From the human T2T-CHM13v2.0 reference genome, Homo sapiens: a stretch of 64,000 bases of DNA. Positions 1 through 13,958 of this stretch are shown piece by piece. The notes beneath the pieces are model-generated. The model was not told the origin of the DNA, did no database searches, and worked only from the letters and a program-made list of their open reading frames with translations. The stretch's first letter is position 1; each line of letters starts with the position of its first letter. Position numbers and translations under genes: made by a program. Where the stretch lies: assembly GCF_009914755.1 (NCBI RefSeq), contig NC_060934.1; one strand, given 5' to 3'.

Positions 1-3000
1 TATCGAATGCAATCGAATAGAATCATCGAATGGACTCGAATGGAATCATCGAATGGAATGGAATGGAATAGTCAATGAACTCGAATGGAATCATCATTGA
101 ATGGAATCGAATGGAATCATCGAGTGGAATCGAATGGAATCACGATCAAATGGAATCGAATGGAAACACGATCAAATGGAATCGAATGTAATCATCATCA
201 AATGGAATTAAAAATAACCATCATCAATTGGTATTGAATGGAATTGTCATCAAATGGAATTCAAAGAATCATCATCAAATGGAATCGAATGGAATCATCA
301 TCAAATGGAATCTAATTTTATCATTGAACGGAATTGAATGGAATCGGCATTGAGTGAATTGAATGCAATCATCGAATGGTCTCTAATGGAATCATCTTCA
401 AATGGAAAGGAATGGAATCATCGCATAGAATCGAATGGAATTATCATTGAATGGACTAAAATGAAATCAACATCAAAAGGAATCAAACGGAATTATCGAA
501 TGGAATCGAAGAGAATCATCGAATGGCCACGAATGGAATCATCTAATGGAATGGAATGGCATAATCCATTACACGAATGCAATCATCATCGAATAGAATC
601 GAATGGAATCATCGAATGGACTCGAATGGAATAATCATTGAATGGAATCGAATGGAATCATCGTCTAATGGAAACGAATGGAATCATCATCGAATGGAAA
701 TGAAAGGAGTTATCATCTAATGGAATCGCATGGAATCATCATCAAATGGAATCGAATGGAATCATCATCGAATGGAATCTAATGGAATCATTGAACGGAA
801 TTGAATGGAATCGTCATCGAATGAATTGAATGCAATCATCGAATGGTCTCGAATGAAATCATCTTCAAATGGAATGGAATGGAAACATCGCATAGAATCG
901 AATGGAATTATCATCGAATGGACTCAAATGGAACCAACATCAATCGGAATCAAACGGAATTATCGAATGGAATTGAAGAGAATCATCGAATGGACTCGAT
1001 GGAATCATCTAATGAGATAGAATGGAATAATCCATGGACTCGAATGCAATCATCCTCAAATAGAATGGAATGGAATCGTCGAATGGACTCGAATTCAATA
1101 AACATTGAACGGAATCGAATGCAATCATCATCGGATGGAAACGAATGGAATCATCATCGAATGGAATCGAATGGAATCCTCAAATGGAATCAGATGGAAT
1201 CATCATCAAATGGAATCATATAGAATTATGTAATGAAATCGAATGTGATCATCATTTAATGGACTCGAATGGAATCATCATCCAATGGAAACTAATGGAA
1301 TCAACATTGAATGGAGTCGAATGGAAACACCATCGAATTGCAACGAAAGGATTATCATGAAATTGAAATGGATGGACTCATCATCGAATGGATTCGAATG
1401 GAATCATCGAATGAAATTAATTGAAATCATCATCAAATGGAATCGAAAGGAATCATTGAATGGAATCGAATGGAATCATCATCAGATGGAAATGAATGGA
1501 ATCATCACTGAATGGAATCGAATGGATTCATTGAATGGAATCTGATGGAATCATCGAATGGACTTGAATGGAATCATTGAATGGACTCGAATGGAATCTT
1601 TATTGAATGGAATTGAATGGAATCATCGAATGGTCTCGAATGGAATCATTATCAAATGGAATAGAATGGAATCACCGAATAGAATCGAATGGAACAATCA
1701 TCGAATGGACTCAAATGGAATTATCCTCAAATGGAATCGAATGAATTTATCGAATGCAATCGAATGGAATTATCGAAAGCAATCGAATAGAATCATCGAA
1801 TGGACTCGAATGGAATCATCGAATGGAATGGAATGGAAGAGTCAATGAACTCGAATGGAATCATCATTGAATGCAATCGAATGGAATCATCGAGTGGAAT
1901 CGAATGGAATCATGATCAAATGGAATCGAATGTAATCATCATCAAATGGAATCCAAAATCACCATCATCAATTGGTACTGAATGGAATTGTCATCAAATG
2001 CAATTCAAAGGAATCATCATCAAATGGAACCGAATGGAATCCTTATTGAATGGAAATGAAAGGAATGCAATCCTCATCGAATAGAATCGAATGGAATCAT
2101 CGAATGGACTCGAATTGAATAATCATTGAACGGAATCGAATGGAATCATCGTCGAATGGAAACGAATGGAATCATCATCGAATGGAAATGAAAGGAGTCA
2201 TCATCTAATGGAATCGCATGGAGTCATCATCAAATGGAATCGAATGGAATCATAATCGAATGGAATCTAAAGGAATCATTGAACGGAATTGAATGGAATC
2301 GTCATCGAATGAATTGAATGCAATAATCGAATGGTCTCAAATGGAATCATCTTCAAAAGTAATGGAATTGAATCATCGCATAGAATCGAAAGGAATTATC
2401 ATCGAATGGACTCAAATGGAATCAACATCAATCGGAATCAAACGGAATTATCGAATGGAATAGAAGAGAATCATCGAATGGACTCGAATGGAATCATCTA
2501 ATGAAATAGAATGGAATAATCCATGGACTCGAATGCAATCATCATCAAATGGAATCGAATGGAATCGTCGAATGGACTCGAATGCAATAAACATTGAACG
2601 GAATCGAATGGAATCATCATCAGAGGTAAACGAATGGAATTATCATCGAAAGGAATCGAATGGAATCATCAAATTGAATCAGATGGAATCATCATCAAGT
2701 GGAATCAAAAATAACCATCATCAATTGGTATTGAATGGAATTGTCATCAAATGGAATTCAAAGGAATCATCATCAAATGGAACCGAATGGAATCCTCATT
2801 GAATGGAAATGAAAGGAGTCATCATCTAATGGAATCGCATGGAATCATCATCAAATGGAATCGAATGGAATCATCATCAAATGGAATCTAATGGAATCCT
2901 TGAACGGAATTGAATGGAATCGTCATCGAATGAATTGAATGCAATCATCGAATGGTCTCGAATGGAATCATCTTCAAATGGAATGGAATGGAAACATCGC

Positions 3001-6000
3001 ATAGAATCGAATGGAATTATCATCGAATGGACTCAAATGGAACCAACATCAATCGGAATCAAACGGAATTATCGAATGGAATTGAAGAGAATCATCGAAT
3101 GGACTCGATGGAATCATCTAATGAGATAGAATGGAATAATCCATGGACTCGAATGCAATCATCCTCAAATAGAATGGAATGGAATCGTCGAATGGACTCG
3201 AATTCAATAAACATTGAACGGAATCGAATGCAATCATCATCGGATGGAAACGAATGGAATCCTCATCGAATGGAATCGAATGGAATCCTCAAATGGAATC
3301 AGATAGAATCATCATCAAATGGAATCATATAGAATTATGTAATGAAATCGAATGTGATCATCATTTAATGGACTCGAATGGAATCATCATCCAATGGAAA
3401 CTAATGGAATCAACATCGAATGGAATCGAATGGAAACACCATCGAATTGCAACGAATGGATTATCATGAAATTGAAATGGATGGACTCATCATCGAATGG
3501 ATTCGAATGGAATCATCGAATGAAATTGATTGAAATCATCATCAAATTTAATCGAAAGGAATCATTGAATGGAATCGAATGGAATCATCATCAGATGGAA
3601 ATGAATGGAATCATCATAGAATGGAATCGAATGGATTCATTGAATGGAATCAGATGGAATCATCGAATGGACTAGAATGGAATCATTGAATGGACTCGAA
3701 TTTAATCATTATTGAATGGAATTGAATGGAATCATCGAATGGTCCCGAATAGAATCATTATCAAATGGAATCGAATGGAATCACCGAATAGAATCGAATG
3801 GAATAATCATCGAGTGGACTCAAATGGAATTATCCTCAAATGGAATCGAATGGAATTTTCGAATGCAATCGAATGGAATTATCGAATGCAATCGAATAGA
3901 ATCATCGAATGGACTCGAATGGAATCATCGAATGGAATGGAATGGAATAGTCAATGAACTCGAATGGAATCATCATTGAATGGAATCGAATGGAATCATC
4001 GAGTGGAATCGAATGGAATCACGATCAAATGGAATCGAATGGAAACACGATCAAATGGAATCGAATGTAATCATCATCAAATGGAATTAAAAATAACCAT
4101 CATCAATTGGTATTGAATGGAATTGTCATCAAATGGAATTCAAAGAATCATCATCAAATGGAATCGAATGGAATCATCATCAAATGGAATCTAATTTTAT
4201 CATTGAACGGAATTGAATGGAATCGGCATTGAGTGAATTGAATGCAATCATCGAATGGTCTCTAATGGAATCATCTTCAAATGGAAAGGAATGGAATCAT
4301 CGCATAGAATCGAATGGAATTATCATTGAATGGACTAAAATGAAATCAACATCAAAAGGAATCAAACGGAATTATCGAATGGAATCGAAGAGAATCATCG
4401 AATGGCCACGAATGGAATCATCTAATGGAATGGAATGGCATAATCCATTACACGAATGCAATCATCATCGAATAGAATCGAATGGAATCATCGAATGGAC
4501 TCGAATGGAATAATCATTGAATGGAATCGAATGGAATCATCGTCTAATGGAAACGAATGGAATCATCATCGAATGGAAATGAAAGGAGTTATCATCTAAT
4601 GGAATCGCATGGAATCATCATCAAATGGAATCGAATGGAATCATCATCGAATGGAATCTAATGGAATCATTGAACGGAATTGAATGGAATCGTCATCGAA
4701 TGAATTGAATGCAATCATCGAATGGTCTCGAATGAAATCATCTTCAAATGGAATGGAATGGAAACATCGCATAGAATCGAATGGAATTATCATCGAATGG
4801 ACTCAAATGGAACCAACATCAATCGGAATCAAACGGAATTATCGAATGGAATTGAAGAGAATCATCGAATGGACTCGATGGAATCATCTAATGAGATAGA
4901 ATGGAATAATCCATGGACTCGAATGCAATCATCCTCAAATAGAATGGAATGGAATCGTCGAATGGACTCGAATTCAATAAACATTGAACGGAATCGAATG
5001 CAATCATCATCGGATGGAAACGAATGGAATCATCATCGAATGGAATCGAATGGAATCCTCAAATGGAATCAGATGGAATCATCATCAAATGGAATCATAT
5101 AGAATTATGTAATGAAATCGAATGTGATCATCATTTAATGGACTCGAATGGAATCATCATCCAATGGAAACTAATGGAATCAACATTGAATGGAGTCGAA
5201 TGGAAACACCATCGAATTGCAACGAAAGGATTATCATGAAATTGAAATGGATGGACTCATCATCGAATGGATTCGAATGGAATCATCGAATGAAATTAAT
5301 TGAAATCATCATCAAATGGAATCGAAAGGAATCATTGAATGGAATCGAATGGAATCATCATCAGATGGAAATGAATGGAATCATCACTGAATGGAATCGA
5401 ATGGATTCATTGAATGGAATCTGATGGAATCATCGAATGGACTTGAATGGAATCATTGAATGGACTCGAATGGAATCTTTATTGAATGGAATTGAATGGA
5501 ATCATCGAATGGTCTCGAATGGAATCATTATCAAATGGAATAGAATGGAATCACCGAATAGAATCGAATGGAACAATCATCGAATGGACTCAAATGGAAT
5601 TATCCTCAAATGGAATCGAATGAATTTATCGAATGCAATCGAATGGAATTATCGAAAGCAATCGAATAGAATCATCGAATGGACTCGAATGGAATCATCG
5701 AATGGAATGGAATGGAAGAGTCAATGAACTCGAATGGAATCATCATTGAATGCAATCGAATGGAATCATCGAGTGGAATCGAATGGAATCATGATCAAAT
5801 GGAATCGAATGTAATCATCATCAAATGGAATCCAAAATCACCATCATCAATTGGTACTGAATGGAATTGTCATCAAATGCAATTCAAAGGAATCATCATC
5901 AAATGGAACCGAATGGAATCCTTATTGAATGGAAATGAAAGGAATGCAATCCTCATCGAATAGAATCGAATGGAATCATCGAATGGACTCGAATTGAATA

Positions 6001-7183
6001 ATCATTGAACGGAATCGAATGGAATCATCGTCGAATGGAAACGAATGGAATCATCATCGAATGGAAATGAAAGGAGTCATCATCTAATGGAATCGCATGG
6101 AGTCATCATCAAATGGAATCGAATGGAATCATAATCGAATGGAATCTAAAGGAATCATTGAACGGAATTGAATGGAATCGTCATCGAATGAATTGAATGC
6201 AATAATCGAATGGTCTCAAATGGAATCATCTTCAAAAGTAATGGAATTGAATCATCGCATAGAATCGAAAGGAATTATCATCGAATGGACTCAAATGGAA
6301 TCAACATCAATCGGAATCAAACGGAATTATCGAATGGAATAGAAGAGAATCATCGAATGGACTCGAATGGAATCATCTAATGAAATAGAATGGAATAATC
6401 CATGGACTCGAATGCAATCATCATCAAATGGAATCGAATGGAATCGTCGAATGGACTCGAATGCAATAAACATTGAACGGAATCGAATGGAATCATCATC
6501 AGAGGTAAACGAATGGAATTATCATCGAAAGGAATCGAATGGAATCATCAAATTGAATCAGATGGAATCATCATCAAGTGGAATCAAAAATAACCATCAT
6601 CAATTGGTATTGAATGGAATTGTCATCAAATGGAATTCAAAGGAATCATCATCAAATGGAACCGAATGGAATCCTCATTGAATGGAAATGAAAGGAGTCA
6701 TCATCTAATGGAATCGCATGGAATCATCATCAAATGGAATCGAATGGAATCATCATCAAATGGAATCTAATGGAATCCTTGAACGGAATTGAATGGAATC
6801 GTCATCGAATGAATTGAATGCAATCATCGAATGGTCTCGAATGGAATCATCTTCAAATGGAATGGAATGGAAACATCGCATAGAATCGAATGGAATTATC
6901 ATCGAATGGACTCAAATGGAACCAACATCAATCGGAATCAAACGGAATTATCGAATGGAATTGAAGAGAATCATCGAATGGACTCGATGGAATCATCTAA
7001 TGAGATAGAATGGAATAATCCATGGACTCGAATGCAATCATCCTCAAATAGAATGGAATGGAATCGTCGAATGGACTCGAATTCAATAAACATTGAACGG
7101 AATCGAATGCAATCATCATCGGATGGAAACGAATGGAATCCTCATCGAATGGAATCGAATGGAATCCTCAAATGGAATCAGAT
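1..7183 (+). repeat. 3879-bp higher-order tandem duplication (2109-bp + 1770-bp subunits); about 1.85 copies visible, left end truncated by the window
   Basis: Identical ORFs recur at a constant offset of 3879 (338/4217, 805/4684, 1558/5437, 2488/6367, 2914/6793). Position 1 aligns with 3880. The first mismatch I noticed is 3305 vs 7184. Internal offsets are 805->2914 = 2109 and 2914->4684 = 1770. Confidence 0.92.
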
Positions 7184-10100
7184 GGAATCATCATCAAATG
7201 GAATCTTATAGAATTATGTAATGAAATCGAATGTGATCATCATTTAATGGACTCGAATGGAATCATCATCCAATGGAAACTAATGGAATCAACATTGAAT
7301 GGAGTCGAATGGAAACACCATCGAATTGCAACGAATGGATTATCATGAAATTGAAATGGATGGACTCATCATCGAATGGATTCGAATGGAATCATCGAAT
7401 GAAATTGATTGAAATCATCATCAAATGGAATCGAAAGGAATCATTGAATGGAATCGAATGGAATCATCATCAGATGGAAATGAATGGAATCATCACTGAA
7501 TGGAATCGAATGGATTCATTGAATGGAATCTGATGGAATCATCGAATGGACTTGAATGGAATCATTGAATGGACTCGAATGGAATCTTTATTGAATGGAA
7601 TTGAATGGAATCATCGAATGGTCTCGAATGGAATCATTATCAAATGGAATAGAATGGAATCACCGAATAGAATCGAATGGAACAATCATCGAATGGACTC
7701 AAATGGAATTATCCTCAAATGGAATCGAATGAATTTATCGAATGCAATCGAATGGAATTATCGAAAGCAATCGAATAGAATCATCGAATGGACTCGAATG
7801 GAATCATCGAATGGAATGGAATGGAAGAGTCAATGAACTCGAATGGAATCATCATTGAATGAAATCGAATGGAATCATCGAGTGGAATCGAATGGAATCA
7901 TGATCAAATGGAATCGAATGTAATCATCATCAAATGGAATCCAAAATCACCATCATCAATTGGTACTGAATGGAATTGTCATCAAATGCAATTCAAAGGA
8001 ATCATCATCAAATGGAACCGAATGGAATCCTTATTGAATGGAAATGAAAGGAATGCAATCTTCATCGAATAGAATCGAATGGAATCATCGAATGGACTCG
8101 AATTGAATAATCATTGAACGGAATCGAATGGAATCATCGTCGAATGGAAACGAATGGAATCATCATCGAATGGAAATGAAAGGAGTCATCATCTAATGGA
8201 ATCGCATGGAGTCATCATCAAATGGAATCGAATGGAATCATCATCGAATGGAATCTAATGGAATCATTGAACGGAATTGAATGGAATCGTCATCGAATGA
8301 ATTGAATGCAATAATCGAATGGTCTCAAATGGAATCATCTTCAAATGTAATGGAATTGAATCATCGCATAGAATCGAATGGAATTATCATCGAATGGACT
8401 CAAATGGAATCAACATCAATCGGAATCAAACGGAATTATCGAATGGAATCGAAGAGAATCATCGAATGGACTCGAATGGAATCATCTAATGAAATAGAAT
8501 GGAATAATCCATGGACTCGAATGCAATCATCATCAAATGGAATCGAATGGAATCGTCGAATGGACTCGAATGCAATAAACATTGAACGGAATCGAATGGA
8601 ATCTTCACCGGATGGAAACGAATGGAATCATCATCGAATGGAATCGAATGGAATCATCCAACGGAATCAGATGGAATCATCATCAAATGGAATCGAATAG
8701 AATTATGGAATGAAATCCAATGTGATCATCATCGAATGGACTCGAACGGAATCATCATCCAGTGGAAACTAATGGAACAAACATCGAATGGAATCGAATG
8801 GAAACACCGTCGAATTGAAACGAATGGAATTATCATGAAATTGAAATGGATGGACTCATCATCGAATGGATTCGAATGGAATAATCCAATGAAATTGATT
8901 GAAATCCTCATCAAATGGAATCGGTTGGAATCATTGAATGAAATCGAATGGAATCATCATCAGATGGAAATGAATGGAATCATCACAGAATGGAATTGAA
9001 TGGATTCATTGAATTGAATCAGATGGAATCATCGAATGGACTTGAATGGAATCATTGAATGGACTCGAATGGAATCATTATTGCATGGAATTGAATGGAA
9101 TCATCGAATGGTCTCGAATGGAATCATTATCAAATGGAATCGAATGGAATCACCGAATAGAATCGAATGGAACAATCATCGAATGGACTCAAATGGAATT
9201 ATCCTCAAATAGAACCGAATGGAATTATCGAATGCAATCGAATGGAATTATCGAATGCAATCGAATAGAATCATCGAATGGACTCGAATGGAATCATCGA
9301 ATGGAAGGGAATGGAATAGTCAATGAACTCGAATGGAATCATCATTGAATGGAATCAAATGGAATCATCGAGTGGAATCGAATGTATTCATGATCAAATG
9401 GAATCGAATGGAATCATGATTGAATGGAATCGAATGGAATCATCGAGTGGAATCGAATGGAATCATGATCAAATGGAATCGAATGTAATCATCCTCCAAT
9501 GGAATCAAAAATAACCATCATCAAATCGTATTGAATGGAATTGTCATCAAATGGAATTCAAAGAAATCATCATCAAATGGAACCGAATGGAATACTCATT
9601 GAATGGAAATGAAAGGAGTCATCATCTAATGGAATGGCATGGAATCATCATCAAATGGAATCGAATGGAATCATCATCAAATGGAATCTAATGGAATCCT
9701 TGAACGGAATTGAATGGAATCGTCATCGAATGAATTGAATGCAATCATCGCATGGTCTCGAATGGAATCATCTTCAAATGGAAAGGAATGGAATCATCGC
9801 ATAGAATCGAATGGAATTATCATTGAATGGACTCGAATGGAATCAACATCAAACGGAATCAAATGGAATTATCGAATGGAATCAAAGAGAATCATCGAAT
9901 TGTCACGAATGGAATCATCTAATGGAATGGAATGGAATAATCCATGGCCCCTATGCAATCATCATCGAAAAGAATCGAATGGAATCATCGAATGGACTCG
10001 AATGCAATAATCATTGAAAGGAATAGAATGGAATCATCGTCGAATGGAAACGAATGGAATCATCATCGAATGGAAATGAAAGGAGTCATCATCTAATGGA

Positions 10101-13100
10101 ATCGCATGGAATCATCATCAAATGGAATCGAATGGAATCATCATCGAATGGAATGTAATGGAAACATTGAACGGAATTGAATGGAATCGTCATCGAATGT
10201 ATTGAATGCAATCATCGAATGGTCTCGAATGGAATCATCTTCAAATGGAATGGAATGGAATCATCGCAGAGAATCGAATTGAATTATCATCGAATGGACT
10301 CGAATGTAATCATCTATTGAAATAGAATGGAATAATCCATGGACTCGAATGCAATCATCATCAAATGGAATCGAATGGAATCGTCGAATGGACTCGAATG
10401 GAATAAACATTGAACGGAATCGAATGGAATCATCACCGAATGGAAACGAATGGAATCATCATCGAATGGAATCCAATGGAATCATCAAATGGAATCAGAT
10501 GGAATCATCATCAAATGGAAACGAATAGAATTATGGAATGAAATCCAATGTGATCATCATCGAATGGACTCGAACGGAATCATCATCCAATGGAAACTAG
10601 TAGAATCAACATCTAATGGACTCAAATGGAATTATCCTCAAATGGATTCGAATGGAATTTTCGAATGCAATCGAATGGAATTATCGAATGCAATCGAATA
10701 GAATCATCGCATGGACTCGAATGGAATCATCGAATGGAATGGAATGGAATACTCAATGAACTCGAATGGAATCATCATTGAATGGAATCGAATGGAATCA
10801 CGATCAAATGGAATCAAATGTAATCACGATCAAATGGAATCGAATGTAATCATCATCAAATGGAATCAAAAATAACCATCATCAATTGGTATTGCATGGA
10901 ATTGTCATCAAATGAAATTCAAAGGAATCATCATCAAATGGTATCGAATGGAATCATCATCAAATGGAATCTAATGGTATCATTAAACGGAATTGAATGG
11001 AATCGGCATTGAATGAATTGAATGCAATCATCGAATGGTCTCTAATGGAATCATCTTCAAATGGAAAGGAATGGAATCATCGCATAGAATCGAATGGAAT
11101 TATCATTGAATGGACTAAAATGGAATCAACATCAAACGGAATCAAACGGAATTATCGAATGGAATTGAAGAGAATCATCGAATGGCCACGAATGGAATCA
11201 TCTAATGGAATGGAATGGAATAATCCATGGACCCGAATGCAATCATCATCGAATAGAATCGAATGGAATCATCGAATGGACTCGAATGGAATAATCATTG
11301 AACGGAATCGAATAGAATCATCGTCGAATGGAAACGAATGGAATCATCATCGAATGGCAATGAAAGGAGTCATCATCTAATGGAATCGCATGGAGTCATC
11401 ATCAAATGGAATCGAATGGAATCATCATCGAATGGAATCTAATGGAATCATTGTACGGAATTGAATGGAATCGTCATCGAATGAATTGAATGCAATCATC
11501 GAATGGTCTCGAATGGAATCATCTTCAAATGGAATGGAATGGAATCATCGCATAGAATCGAATGGAATTATCATCGAATGGACTCAAATGGAATCAACAT
11601 CAATCGGAATCAAACGGAATTATCGAATGGAATGGAAGAGAATCATCGAATGGACTCGAATGGAATCATCTAATGAAATAGAATGGAATAATCCATGGAC
11701 TCGAATGCAATCATCATCAAATGGAATCGAATGGAATCGTCGAATGGAGTCGAATGCAATAAACATTGAACGGAATCGAATGGAATCATCATCGGAGGTA
11801 AACGAATGGAATTATCATCGAAAGGAATCGAATGGAATCATCAAATTGAATCAGATGGAATCATCATCAAGTGGAATCAAAAATAACCATCATCAATTGG
11901 TATTGAATGGAATTGTCATCAAATGGAATTCAAAGGAATCATCATCAAATGGAACCGAATGGAATCCTCATTGAATGGAAATGAAAGGAGTCATCATCTA
12001 ATGGAATGGCATGGAATCATCATCAAATGGAATCGAATGGAATCATCATCAAATGGAATCTAATGGAATCCTTGAACGGAATTGAATGGAATCGTCATCG
12101 AATGAATTGAATGCAATCATCGAATGGTCTCGAATGGAATCATCTTCAAATGGAAAGGAATGGAATCATCGCATAGAATCGAATGGAATTATCATTGAAT
12201 GGACTCGAATGGAATCAACATCAAACGGAATCAAATGGAATTATCGAATGGAATCGAAGAGAATCATCGAATTGCCACGAATGGAATCATCTAATGGAAT
12301 GGAATGGAATAATCCATGCCCCTTATGCAATCATCATCGAATAGAATCGAATGGAATCATCGAATGGACTCGAATGCAATAATCATTGAACGGAATCGAA
12401 TGGAATCATCGTCGAATGGAAACGAATGGAATCATCATCGAATGGAAGTGAAAGGAGTCATCATCTAATGGAATCGCATGGAATCATCATTAAATGGAAT
12501 CGAACGGAATCCTCATCAACGGAATCTAATGGAATCATTGAACGGAATTGCATGGAATCGTCATCGAATGAATTGAATGCAATCATCGAATGGTCTCGAA
12601 TGGAATCATCTTCAAATGGAATGGAATGGAATCATCGCATAGAATCGAATGGAATTATCATCGAATGGACTCAAATGGAATCAACATCAAACGGAATCAA
12701 ACGGAATTATCGAATGGAATCGAAGAGAATCATCGAAAGGACTCGAATGGAATCATCTAATGAAATAGAATGGAATAATCCATGGACTCGAATGCAATCA
12801 TCATCAAATGGAATCGAATGGAATCATCATCGAATGGAATCTAATGGAATCATTGAACGGAATTGAATGGAATCGTCATCGAATGAATTGAATGCAATCA
12901 TCGAATGGTCTCGAATGGAATCATCTTCAAATGGAAAGGAATGGAATCATCGCATAGAATCGAATGGAATTATCATCGAATGGACTCGAATCGAATCAAC
13001 ATCAAACGGAATCAAACGGAATTATCGAATGGAATCGAAGAGAATCATCGAATGGCCACGAATGGAATCATCTAATGGAATGGAATGGAATAATCCATGG

Positions 13101-13958
13101 ACCCGAATGCAATCAACATCGAATAGAATCGAATGCAATCATCGAATGGACTCGAATGGAATAATCATTGAACGAAATCGAATGGAATCATCGTCGAATG
13201 GAAACGAATGGAATCATCATCGAATGGAAATGAAAGGAGTCATCATCTAATGGAATCGCATGGAATCATCATCAAATGGAATCCAATGGAATCATCATCG
13301 AATGGAATCTAATGGAATCATTGAACGGAATTGCATGGAATCGTCATCGAATGAATTGAATGCAATCATCGAATGGTGTCGAATTGAATCATCTTCAAAT
13401 GGAATGGAATGGAATCATCGCATAGAATCGAATGGAATTATCATCGAATGGACTCAAATGGAATCAACATCAAACGGAATCAAACGGAATTATCGAATGG
13501 AATCGAAGACAATCATTGAATGGACTCGAATGGAATCATCTAATGAAATAGAATGGAATAATCCATGGACTCGAATGCAATCATAATCAAATGGAATCGA
13601 ATGGAATCGTCGAATGGACTCGAATGGAATAAACATTGAACGGAATCGAATGGAATCATCACCGAATGGAAACGAATGGTGTCATCATCGAATGGAATCG
13701 AATGGAATCATCAAATGGAATCAGATGGAATCATCATCAAATGGAATCGAATAGAATTATGGAATGAAATCCAATGTGATCATCATCGAATGGACTCGAA
13801 TGGAATCATCATCCAATGGAAACTAATAGAATCAACATCTAATGGACTCAAATGGAATTATCCTCAAATGGATTCGAATGGAATTTTCGAATGCAATCGA
13901 ATGGAATTATCGAATGAAATCGAATGGAATCACCGCTTGGACTCGAATGGAATCATCG

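Noticed and set aside
2186-2200. AAAGGAG resembling a Shine-Dalgarno site, recurring in every unit
   Set aside because: It is a fixed part of the HSat2 unit in eukaryotic heterochromatin and is not linked to credible genes.
8729-8914. Only minus-strand ORF; possible inversion or insert
   Set aside because: The + strand here is ordinary satellite in the same orientation; the ORF is a chance absence of stop codons.
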